The translations under genes were made by a program, and so were the position numbers. A stretch of DNA of 64,000 bases from contig CM060734.1 in the NCBI GenBank assembly GCA_030704615.1, positions 53,196,001-53,260,000 on the forward strand, written 5' to 3'. The DNA is from Takakia lepidozioides. Taxonomy: Eukaryota > Plantae > Bryophyta. The notes under the pieces were generated by a model. That model ran no database searches. It saw nothing but the letters and a program-made list of their open reading frames with translations, and was not told where the DNA came from. How positions within the stretch are numbered: position 1 is the stretch's first letter; each line of letters opens with the position of its first letter. Shown one piece after another: positions 25,401-37,314 of this stretch.

Positions 25401-26980
25401 ACACTTAAACAGTGTCAATGAAAACCTGTGCCAGTAACTTCACAGCGGGTGGACCAATTATTTACAAGAATTGGCTTGAGGGTGAGTTCACAGAACTGGC
25501 TTGAGGATGTGTTATGTGAACTCGCCCTCAGGGTTCATGCCGTTCATCTGGCCATCTCTCTTTCTGGAGATACAGATATGACCATCAAAGACCCTTTTAG
25601 GAGGACTGCCCCTCACAGCAACTGAGAAAATTTCTCAGGCTTAGGTGTGTAGATCCTCATTTTATAAAATCATCACAATGGTGTGTGCGGTTGAGCAACA
25701 CACTCATACTGCACTGCTGCAGGACATTGACCAAGTTCAGCTCATAAGCAAATGACCCCTCCATTTAATACTCCACTGTTTCCATGCCACTTGAAAATGT
25801 CTTAGTCTTGGTACAGGCACATATCGTTCTCCTGCATGAACCTCCCTGAGCATCTCTGTGGTGTTGGTGGGATGACAGATAATATTGCAGCTCGGAGATT
25901 ATGATGCAATCCATGTGCGGAGGGGTGATAAGCTGAAGGTTCGAAAGGACAGGTTTGGAGTGGATCGTACAGCATATGCTCATCTCGACCAAGACACACA
26001 GCCAGTAGCCATACTGAGGCGCATTGCCCCATGGATCCAAGAGGGCCGCACTGTCTTCATAGCCTCAAATGAAAGGAAACCTAGTTTTTTTCATCCAATC
26101 TCTTCAAAGTATGCAATGGAACCCTTTTAGAGTATGCGTCATGTTCTCCTTAGGTCATTGCAAAAGAGGCACATGCTGACTAGCTTAAATGTGTTGCAGC
26201 ATTGCCTGTTGGCAGAAAGAGCCCCTGCCCGCAGGCAGAGCTGCATGTGGCTTCGTCACCTAAAGAGCTGCCTAACCAGTGGTTACTTCAGTTGAAACTA
26301 GTTTGCCCCGCCAGCTGTAGAGGGTTATTCCCAGTGCTGCAACAGTTAGTACCAGGAGGATTAGTTGATGTTTATTATGTAGCTGTATGGAAATTGTAGA
26401 CTGAACGCATGCATGGACATGCTGACTGCTGGATAGTCAGTCGATGGGTGCATGACCCCTGCTTACGACATGGTTTGCAGGTATAAATCACCTTCTTTGT
26501 ACCTGGTTGGTGTGGTACTTAAGCTTGGTGGAAGGGTTCTGAATCTGGAGGGCTTTGTTCAAGGTCTGTCTTGTGGTAACTGACTTGGAATGCTCCACTG
26601 CCAGGCAGACCTTGATGAAGTTTGAAGAATTCAAGATAGATTCGCAGTTCAGCAGATGGAGGGTCTGAAGTCTGCTGTGGAGACCTACATCTGGGAAGCT
26701 CGATTTCATTTCTGAAACCTGCATTGTACAGTATGGTTTTTCTTATTGGATTATGTTTTCATGCAGGTACACTGTCCTGCAGGCTGTCAATTTTTCTGGC
26801 ATTTTGGTGCCTGTGGTACACAATAACTACCAGCTCTTTGTGGTGGAGCGTCTAGTGCTACAGGGTGCCCAAATTTTGGTGAAGACTTGGAAGGATGATC
26901 CAACTGACCTCAGCCTCAGTGATGAGTCCAAAAAGGGAATCCACAGGTGGGAGCCAGTGGTTCATACTGCCACCATCTAA
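22441..26980 (+). CDS. Type II membrane O-fucosyltransferase-like protein (At2g41150/At3g56750-like), 6 exons
   Basis: Exons 22441-22838, 24008-24100, 24266-24499, 24953-25055, 25879-26108 and 26767-26980 are GT-AG bounded and splice in frame. The protein has an N-terminal TM helix and the motifs YLYWG..IDCPGKHC..CGGLGHQESSLRCALEEALFLNRTFVLPSRMC, WFVECKNR, YDAIHVRRGDK and NNYQLFVVERL. Confidence 0.87.
23212..23732. repeat. Intronic ~79-bp inverted repeat plus 35-bp direct duplication
   Basis: 23212-23290 is reverse-complementary to ~23618-23697 (one small difference). acaagcctctaatcgttactgcactttcgccatgg occurs at ~23548 and again at 23698. Confidence 0.9.
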
Positions 26981-28302
26981 AGTGTTGTTGTTGGGCAGTT
27001 TCTTTCCCGCCTAAGACAGCCATCGACAAAATCAAAACAATGAGGAAATTTGTCAACAGCATCCAGTTTACCACAAGTTCAGGGAATTATCTGACAGAAG
27101 AAAGAATAGTACGAGTACATCTTTTTTGTGATGCCCCAGGTTCCCACTTCTAAATGTGTCTATGGCAACAGTACTAGGAGAATTCTAGTCAGCAACTCTG
27201 TGTGATGGGTGCTGATCAACGAACACAGTCATTGCAAATCGGACTCAACAAAGAGACTAGCTTTAACTTTCATCAGTAGATGTAGTTGCGAAAGGACTCG
27301 TTTATGTGATGGTAGGACTGCCATGAGCTGTGGCCCAGGGTCTCTGTGAGAGAGTTACAAGTAACAACTCAAAGATATTAGAAGGTAACTCTAACAGTTG
27401 TTGCCAATCCAAGACAGCCTCTGACCATCACCTCCATCATGTGTGGCAGTGACAACCTACCATATCTTAGCACTGATAGTGGGTTTAGGGTGCATACCAC
27501 CACAAGGCTTTTGCCCTTATGGTGATGTTAAGTAAACTAAATGGAAAATGTGCTGTTAAGACCATTAGTGCAGTGCTCATATATGCTCCAGTTCGACTCC
27601 ATGCTCCATGCTGTAGATGATACAACACAGTACACTCTATATACAAGTAGTTGACTGCAACACAAAGTCCAATTCAAATATCAATTGAAATTGTAGTAAA
27701 GGCAGACATAACCAGACAGGGCTCTTGTACGTAAAGGTCTAAAACCCCATGTTTGCTTTGCAAATTGGAGGCAGCAAGAGTGGGTGAGCCTAACCAGAAC
27801 CATGATGTGTAGCCTGGGAAAAGCCAATATACAACGTGATCTGTTTCACAAGATGCACAGGCAAACTCCACCTACATGGGCGTTGGCCAGACAGTTTCTT
27901 GCCAAAAAGTCTAACCAATTCTACAGCTATTTTTTTGAAGTATAACCAGTATCCACAATGTGAATTGCTTTGCGCTAGTGACCTCTTGGTTCAGTTCCAT
28001 GTCAACACAGCTGGGGGATATACGTCACACCTAACTAGGATCTGTATGCAGACTTCCTTCTGCAAGTTTAATGTACCCTAGTAATGATGCCACCAGAAGA
28101 AACACCTTGTTAACTTAAAAATCTAGGGCAGGCGCTGTGTTGGTTGCAATCAGTCGGAACCATCCAGGACTTTTCTAACAGCAGACTGCTGAAACCCACA
28201 AGGGTGTGTAGTGATTCTCTCTGCATGCACTAGTGGTACACGTTGTCCCAGAACAAAACAAGTTACCTTGGGTCAATAGATTGAGCACTTTCGTTCTAAC
28301 AA

Positions 28303-31300
28303 CTATTTCCAAAGCTTAACACACCTATCATGGCTAGCAGAAGCAACCATGCCAGTTGCAGACGACTGGGCAAGTGCGGCAATTAGCCCATCATGTGCAG
28401 GCACTGTCATGCTCTTGTTCTCCACCATATTCCACAGTTCCAGAGACTGCACAACATCCAACCCAAAAACAGACTCATTGTACATAATGCTTGGATCTAC
28501 TGTAGTCCTTACTAGAGACCCAGCAAACCTTACCCGGTGAATGTATAAGGTGTGGAAAGGCAACAGAGGCTGATGCATGGGACATCACAAGAGCGGCAAA
28601 CAAGGGCAGAGGCACAGGTTATACCTGATAACAGCCAATGACCAAAAGGGAGGGATAATTAGGATGGAAAACGCAGGAGTGGAACTTGTTGCCATTGCAG
28701 CTGAGCTCATGAACACACTCTCCCTCACTCCCTGTGCCCAAGGCCCACACCCTGACAGAGTCTTCGCTGACAGATGCAACAAAGTCCCCAGAAGCATCCC
28801 AGCACACAGAGTGGACAGGCTTAGTGTGTCTCTGCAGGCATACAACCACAACAAAGAGTCAATGCCTGAGATCCTACAACCTCCAGTTTAAATTCACAAA
28901 ATACTCTTCAGGACATGTTGGTGACCCCAACTGCACACCACACCCCACTATTTTGTACTGCCAAAGAACAGAAGAACAGAATGGGCAAACCTCCTATGCC
29001 AATAAACTTCACAGCACTGCTAGGTCTGGCATGGTCTTCAGATTCCCAAGCAATTCCCTGTGTGAACTAACATAACAACCCTAGTGGGATTTAACACCGG
29101 ACATTCTGCAGATGGATGATAGACACAGACCAAGCAATAAAGAAAACATCACATTTCAGTTGAGGAGTTGGCCAAAATTGAGCAACAATCAGGATGATTA
29201 TCAACACACTTATTCCAAAAGTGAAAGGTTGAACGTATACCTGCAACGAATGAACACAAGTTTCAGACTCCACGTCAAATATAGACACCACGTTTTCAGC
29301 AGCAGCAGCAAGTAACCTTCCTTGTCGAGGCTGAAATCGCATTTGTGTCATACCACCCTGCACCCAAAACCCAGTGAGTGATCATGTAGAGTAAACGATA
29401 ACAGTGCGAGTTGGTACTTCTTGCATTTGAAAAGTCTATGCTACAAACCTTGAAAACTCGTGTGCAGATGCCCTGATTTACACTCCAATAGCGAATCTCA
29501 CTGTCCCCATCACAGGAACACAAAATATCCTCGTTGATTGGGTGAAAGTCCAACGACATCACTGATGTCTGATGGCCTGTGAAAGTCCGCAAAGAATAGC
29601 TTGGCTGCACCCATGTAATATCAACCCCTTCAAAAACATCAGCACATCATTACCTGTGAAAGTCCGCAAAGAATAGATTGGCTGCACCCATGTAATATCA
29701 ACCATCAGAGGTGGGGGGGAACTGAACAGCTCCTTCAAAAACATCAGCACATCATTACCCAATGTATGACACTTAGATCTATGTAATATACCACCTCTAA
29801 TGAAGAGCGGAATAATATGCAAATGGGTTGGTGATGTACTAACGTTGTCAGCATCCCACACCCTCACAGTCTTGTCGAAGGACGACGTAGCCAACCGTGT
29901 TGAATTAGGACTGAACCTCACGTCCGTAATGAGGAGAGAGTGCTCCTCCAGCGAATTCTTGAGCTTCAATGTATCCATGTTCCACAGGACAGCCTATCAC
30001 CACCACAGATGAAGGAGGGCCCAATGAGTATTACTGGAAGCTCTAGACAAAAAATCGCACCTTCATCTTATTCGAGAGAGATGCCTGATTTGAGGAAGAT
30101 TAACAAGTAACAAGAAAACAAGAGCTTCCCACAAAAGCATACCAATGCACAATTTGAGCCACCGCAAAGGTAAACTTACCTTTTTATCGTGGCCAGCACT
30201 AGCCAACAACTTGCCATCTGAAGAGAAGTGACAGCACACCACTTTGCTGGTACTAGCACGCAAGCAGCCCACCTCATTGAAAGAGAACCCTGGCCATGCA
30301 TTCCATATGCCACACTTTGTCAAATCACAAGCTACAAGACACAAAGACAACAGTAAGCCCCAAACACACTCCTGCATTTATTAAGCTACAGCTCGCTAGG
30401 TCAGCATTGACTCAGTTAAGTTGTGACCACCTTTAGAGACATCCATACTGTGCCCAGCTGGGCTGCGCTTGCTGCTGCCAAAAAGGGATTCCCGAGGATC
30501 CGCTTCTTCATGAGACAAAAATGACTCCACATTATCATCCAATGAACCATCTTCACCAAATCTGTCCATATCGGCCTGGCATTCCCAAAGTCAAGAAAAT
30601 TAGGCTCTTCCTCCCTCCTGAACCCTTACCCCATATTTCATGACATCTTACGAGTCAATATGAAGTGAGCGTATCCAAAGAAGCAATAGAAAAGCAGTAC
30701 AATCAGTGGAAGATTGGTCATAGAAACCCTTGGATCTACAGCACACAAATATGCCAATGGTTACCAGCTGGTTTGATGGTGATGCCAATGTGCCAGTTCC
30801 ATCTGCACCATACATAAGCAGCGGTTTTGAAATGCTGCCACTAGGTTGCAAAGCTCCAGCAATGGACATAACATCCCCCGGCGTATGAGTAGAAGGGGTA
30901 GAAGGGGCTGAATTTGGAGAAGGACCAGCTGTGTTAGCAGTTCCAGTGCTGTTTGCAGGGCCTGATGAGGATGCCGGCTGTTTTCTCTTTCTTGCACCCG
31001 GGCCCTTGTTTGCAGCAGCCTTTTGCCCAACACAAAAACATCCATTGCATGAGGTTCTATGCCCTGTCTGCTTGAGGTTCTACCTTGTCCTCTAAAACAA
31101 CTAAAAACAACCACTTCAAGCGAATGGTTATCAGTGCTGTAGCTTATGAGTCGAGCAAGACAAAGCATGCAAACCCTTAGGGTGCAACCCTTAGGATGTA
31201 GGTATGCATACCTTGCCAGTGCCTGTACTATTAGTACTAGGACTAGGCTCCAAGGTACTATAGACAAGGTCATTGGTGCGGAACGAATTGGAAACATCCA

Positions 31301-34267
31301 CAGTCACTCCTCCCAGTCGATCTTGTTGTTGCTGCTGCTGTGGTGTGGCAGGTTGCTGTTGATGCTGTTGCTGGGGATTGCCTGCCTGCTGCTGCTGCTG
31401 TTGCTGCTGCATTTGTTGAAGCTGCTTCATCTGTTTCAAACACAAGACAGAAGGTAGAACCACATTGGAAACAAAAGCATTAAACACTAGGTAGAAACAC
31501 TTGCGATGGCATCCAAGACCACCAACTCATGCTCCACAAAAGGAAAAATACTAGAAAGGAGGATGCTTCACAAAGTAAACCTGATTTACAGCGTCTCTTC
31601 ATTCTGTGGCACTACTAGCTTACCTTATCCATTGCACAATCCTGGTACCCACAACCTTAGGTGACTGGTGACCCATCCTTTCACATACACTGATTTGAAC
31701 CCATGACCGCTTGCAACGCAGGCTTGTAACTAACCCTGGGCCAAGGTTATCAGGCTGTCCTTGTTCCCCGTCTCACTTTGGTTTATAATATCTCCATTGG
31801 GCCAAGGTAGTCCCTTGGGTTTCCCTTGACAGACTTCAACAACTCTTACTTGAATTTCCCCCGATGACAGAAGAATAAGAACATCCACTAAATGCAACTC
31901 CATTCCCTCTTTTCTAACTCAAAGTTGAGAAGCAAGAGGTGAGCCAAAAGATCCCTGCTATGAGAGATGTACAGCTTCTTTGAGCAGACCCTACTCCGGA
32001 GATAGACTCCAATGGGCTTAGACTAAAAAGTTGGTGGTCAGACCGAGTGCTTGCAAGGTCTCACATCTGTTGCCCCAAAACCACTGGGGAAAAAACAGCT
32101 TGTGGGGAAAAAAATGGACTGAACTTCAAAAGTCAGAGCCTTTAATTGCATTGCCAAAAACAGGCCTAGATTACCTTCATCATCAGCTCCGTCTGGTTCT
32201 GGTCTTGAGAGGTGCCACGAGGAAGTGGAGAAGCAGCCTGCATAGGAGAGCCCACACCCTGTGACACATCGCTGCTGCCATTTGATTGGCCATCCTTGCC
32301 TGTCAATCCACTCCTCCCCAACAGCACTCGAAATCGCCGTGGATCCATATCAGAGAGAAGAGGAGATCCCGAAGAAGACATACTGCCCTGTGCCTGAGCC
32401 TGGATTAAGAGCTGCTGCTGCTGTTGAGGGCTCAGCAACTGAAAATTGTGGTACTGCGGCGGCGCCTGAATGAAAGATTTTTGAGTGGACGCCAACCCCG
32501 GTCGTAATTGATCAATACCCTGTACCCATTCAATTACCACAAAGCATCCCTATAGTACCCAACTCTGTACCCATGATGCTGACAAATGCTGCACATTTAA
32601 TAGCACACACGATGCTCTAAGCCATGTTCCCATTCCACAACCTCCTTCTCAAATCTCCAAGAGAAGATCCATTAGCCACAACAGTGCGCAGAAACAGTTT
32701 GTATCTGGATTGCCACCCCTTCAACACTCATGAGCACCAGAAAGCTGGCTGTTTACTCTTTAGCATCCATGTGGAAAGCCATGACGCAGAAGATTCCATA
32801 ACCCCCTTCAACTTTCATGAGCACCAGAAAGCTGGCAATTACTCTTTAGCGTCCATGTAGAAAGCACTGAAGCAGAAGATTCCATTAAGTATTACATCTG
32901 GATAGAAACTTACAGTAAGTGGCCATCCCTTCAAAGGCAAGGAATTTGCTCCTTGATTGACTCCTGCCACAAGTAGTTGCTGTCTTAGCTCCAAACACGA
33001 GCTGAAGAGTAAGAAAAGACTTCAGCCAACAACATTTTTGCACCAGATGTTGATGAGATGACACTGACACTCCTACAGATCCCGTTGGAAAGCTTTTTGC
33101 AGGAGGGAACCTATCTAATAAAGAAAGAGCAAACCTGGGCTTAGGAGGCCAGGTTTGGAATGCCCAACCCCCGGTACACCAAACATCGCAGAATCAGGAG
33201 CTGGAGATCTTTGATTTAGAACATCATTCTTGTTATCCTGCATCACCAAATATGAAGGTTATCAAATGCTCGTACAGCAACCAATCATCAGGAAGACCAC
33301 GACCTGAGATGCCCCTCAACCACATGTACAGAGGAAAGGCCACCTGCGAAGATGCAGACATTTGTTGAGAACGAGCCTGGACCTGTTGCAAAGCAGTTGT
33401 TGCATTGCCAGCAGTGTTGTGCAGCAAGGGCCTGCCACTCCAAAAGACTTATCATCAGCTAGTATGTCCCCAACTCAAAGCTCATCTGCGATCTGACCTC
33501 TGCTACCACCTAACCCACAAAACAACAAAGGTGGACACTTCCATAGACCCATTAAGTCATCACAACCATTGAGGCTGAAGAAACATTTATACAACATTGC
33601 AGAATTTTTAAAAAATCAATTACACCAAGACCCTAAATTTTTGCGAAGCAAGAGTGCTGATTTGAAGTGCCTAATCCCTGCGGCTATATCCTGAAGATGC
33701 TGTCAATTGCTCCCAGAGAGTGTCTAGGAGTAACAGCTGCCTTGAGTGGGTTGGTAGTCAGGATCTCCATACCTCTGCAAAACCACAAAACCCAATCTTC
33801 CACCTTCAGTCACCCAGGTTGAGAGAAGAATAGTAGGCAACTCACTGAAATTCAGCATACAATAGTTCAAAGGCACATAGAACAGGGCAGTTGCAGTGTA
33901 AGAAATGACGCCAGCCAATTGCCATGCCAGTGGTTCCCCACCAGTGGAGATTATTGAGCAACTAGACCAACACAATCTAAGCACAATGATGTGTAAACTA
34001 GACTTAAGCAAACTCTGGCCTAGCTGCCCCATCACTGCGGTGCACCCAATACCTTCATTGACGCTTCATCAAGAGCATCTCTTTGATGGGGATGCTTCAG
34101 CCGCTCTTCGTAAATCTTGGTTGCCATAGCATTTGCTGTGTGTGGTTGCCTAAGCATAGCCTCAGCACCTAAGCCATTGGTGGAGCCGTTCAACAGATGG
34201 GAGGCTTCCCGTCGCTGTTGCTGCTGTGCATGACGTTGCTGAAGAATTTGAATCTGCATCTGCTGCA

Positions 34268-34325
<58 letters not shown>

Positions 34326-35034
34326 CTGTTGCTGCTGTTGTTGTTGTTGTTGTTGCTGTTGCTGCTGTTGTTGCTGCTGTTGTTGTTGCTGTTGCTGCTG
34401 TTGCTGTTGTTGTTGTTGCTGTTGTTGCTGTTGTTGTTCCCGAGCTTTCAATTGTTGCGTCTACAGAAACATCACGTCAAACGTTTCAAACATGGCACCA
34501 CTACGGTCCAGACGGTTCCTTCCAGCCCAACAAATAACAAAGATTCTCAGCAACACCAAGGGTCGTGCCCAAGAACTTACCTCAATGTAGGAAGCTGCCA
34601 CCTCCGAATGCTTCTCGTTGGTGCGGGCTATGAATATATCCCAGAACACCGACCACCACTCGAACAAGAAACCGCCCGGTGCATCGATAGCTGAAACACA
34701 ACCCACACAACCCTCAGCTCCACTTCCCCCTAACAATTTCCTCCAAATACCATTTTTAAACTGTACACACACACTCACACACGTACCAACAGGATCAGAC
34801 GACACCTTCCCTTCACTCAGGAAAGCCTTGGCTGACGCCTGCAGATTCCTCTTCACCAGGTAATCGTATATATACACATCCAGCCTGCACCCGCACACCC
34901 CACCACAACTTAAAACCACACCACTCTCACTTTCCAACCTACCAACGTCCCTCCCTCCCTCCCTCCTACTCCAAAACATCTCCCACTTCCGCCGTTCCTT
35001 ACATTTTGTCCGCCTCCCAATTGTTCTGCGCCAT
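28303..35034 (-). CDS. LUG: LEUNIG/LEUNIG_HOMOLOG-like Groucho-family transcriptional corepressor (LUFS, polyQ, WD40)
   Basis: ATG at 35034: [11 protein letters not shown]|[14 protein letters not shown]...[29 protein letters not shown] (LUFS). It continues through poly[16 protein letters not shown]|[19 protein letters not shown] and WD40 exons to ...[12 protein letters not shown] (stop at 28303). Some central exon boundaries are unresolved, and LUG versus LUH orthology was not tested. Confidence 0.93.
34270..34437 (-). repeat. CAG/CAA polyglutamine tract (~55 Gln) in the LUG-like gene
   Basis: Uninterrupted mixed CAA/CAG codons between KARE and LQQMQ. Confidence 0.95.
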
Positions 35035-35528
35035 GCTGCTGGGATGCTCGCAGCTGGAGCTCCGCTCCTCGTCCCAATCGATCAGCTGGCGCGTGATGAA
35101 ACCCGAAGCTTTTCAGGTCAGGTCAGGTCGGGCCTCGCAGCGAGCAAGACGACGATGCTCTGCTCGCTCCTGCACGCAGGCAGGGTTTTGCTTTGCGCCC
35201 CAATCGCCACCTATCGCCATTGCAGATAAAGCTCATCACTTTACCCTCGCCATCCTCCCCCTTCCTTCCAATAATGCAAGGCACTCGTTTCCATATATTC
35301 TCTACCATAATGCCCATACGTGTGCGTATCAGAATGTGCGCATGCGGATTCGATCCCGGGACCAGCCCACAGGTATCGCGTGAATGGCGATTCCCATGGA
35401 AGGTACTAGGCAGGCCCGTTTCGACATCCCGGTCGTTCCGTTCCCGCGTTCTCAATGACGTTCGCATTCGCTCGGAAACTATCTGCATGACTGCCAGGTG
35501 GCAGTCGTGCACAAACCCTACACGGGCC

Positions 35529-35552
35529 GAGAGAGAGAGAGAGAGAGAGAGA
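35529..35552. promoter_or_regulatory. (GA)n tract upstream of the LUG-like ATG; possible GAGA/BPC element
   Basis: About 12 GA units lie ~500 bp upstream of the ATG. The function is inferred only. Confidence 0.35.
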
Positions 35553-35623
35553 GGCACCGAGTTTGAATGTCTCTGCGGATTTGACAAGACTTGCCAAACT
35601 ATTGCTACGGTGATGGTGCACAC

Positions 35624-36720
35624 CAGTGTTGTGCGGGTATATTGATTTCAATATACCCTTGGGGTATAAGTAAGTTATTTTTGTCAAATCATTTACCCTC
35701 TGGGTATGTATAAATTGAAATCTCAAAAACTTATTTACCATCCGGGTATGGGTAAATTAACTTTTCAGATTTCTATATAACCCCCCCGGGTATGGATATA
35801 TATGCCAAAATATACCCTGAGGGTATGAATAGTTTCCGGGTATGGATAGTTATTTCCATTAATATATAATTTAATGGTTTTAAGGAATATATGATGTTCT
35901 TCAATATGTACAAAACACAAAAAAAAAAACAATCTATGGTAAAAGAGAAAATTGATAAGATATTGCATAATATTTTGGTGTTAATTTCCAATGCAAGATG
36001 GAGGAGGTTTGAGATTTTTTTTTAAACACATCGGCTCATAGCTCAACTGGTAAGTGCACAGTGTGTGTCACTCAGGTGGTTCGGGGTTCGAACCCGCTGC
36101 CCTTCCCGTGTGTGGGATTGTACGTGTCACGGTATGTCTAGGCGTTGATCGTCCTGTAGGTCTCATGGTCCATAAATGAAAGGGGGTTAATCTTTCCCGC
36201 TCCTCAAGGGCCTGAATTGTGGGCTGTCGCTCCCATATTTCCTTAAATAAATAAAAACCCCTCAAGGACCTAAATTGTGGGCTGTCAGGTTTTCTTTTAT
36301 GTATACATATATGCGAGATCTAAAGAGGTATTGTTTGGGTTATATGACATTTAAGGAATGATATATATGTAACATTTGTTTTAGCTGTGATTGGTGCTTT
36401 CTTATAGCTCAAGGTTCCCTAACAACACAACAAAAAGTGAAAAGACCTAGCACATAAAGGCTATAAAGGCACATAAAGGCCCTTATATACCCTGATTAGA
36501 TATACCCTTCATTTTAACATACCTTTCAGGAAAGTAGGGTATATTGAAGGTCTTGATGCAGGGTAAATATAAGGATAAGGGTATATCATAAAAAATATAC
36601 CCTGATATAAGGGTATACATCCGGGTACCTAAACTTGCCACACCAGGGTATATATATATCAATATACCCTGATATACTCGGCGGGTATATCAGGGTACTT
36701 CATATACCCGACCAACACTG
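35624..36720. mobile_element. Non-autonomous hAT element (1097 bp) with an 8-bp TSD
   Basis: Termini CAGTGTTG...CAACACTG; TSD gtgcacac at 35616-35623 and 36721-36728; many gggtat/ataccc subterminal motifs. Confidence 0.95.
36033..36105 (+). other. tRNA-derived (SINE-head-like) Pol III A/B box segment inside the hAT element
   Basis: A box tagctcaactgg and B box ggttcgaaccc; it does not fold into a convincing cloverleaf. A homologous copy lies at ~44997-45066. Confidence 0.65.
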
Positions 36721-37314
36721 GTGCACACCCTCATGGAGCTCTTGAGTTGCGGAGAAGCGGTGAGCAACAGTAGCAAGACCCAACATCATCTGTTTCCCAG
36801 GCAGAGGGGAAGAGAATTTTCCACTGCCAGAAACCAAAACCCAAAAAATGGCAGCAGATGAATCACACAATTATTGCATGGCTGCAGCAACAACGGGTGA
36901 AAATGAGGGTTTAGACCAGTGTTGGACGGGTATATATATGGACATATATACCCGGCCGGGTAATAGTCAGGGTATCATACTATTGAGACCCGCCACCCAA
37001 GTTTTGGTGGACCCGGCTTGAGTTAGAACTGGCGAGGGCCATCTCGCCACTTACCCGGCCCAAGCTGGAACCGGTGGGGGGCAACCTGGCTAACTACATG
37101 GAACCCGACTGGAACCTTGAAAATCAGCCGGGTATCAACTTTTGAAGAAGACCTTGAGATGTGATTACAACCGAGCTGCATTCATGAGTAGTGATTATGC
37201 AGCCGCCTTCTGAAGATCTCTATCGTGTTAATTCTCTGAGCGCCCAAATGCGATGGCAAACCAACATTGTTGCGAGCTTAGAGTCTACAGCCTCTGGGCT
37301 CCCTCCGGGAAAGC

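Noticed and set aside
32710-32885. ~88-bp two-copy duplication in a LUG intron
   Set aside because: An ordinary local tandem duplication with no evident splice or coding consequence.
34197-34694. Poly-Leu and poly-Ala/Val ORFs on the + strand
   Set aside because: These are antisense shadows of the LUG polyQ exon.
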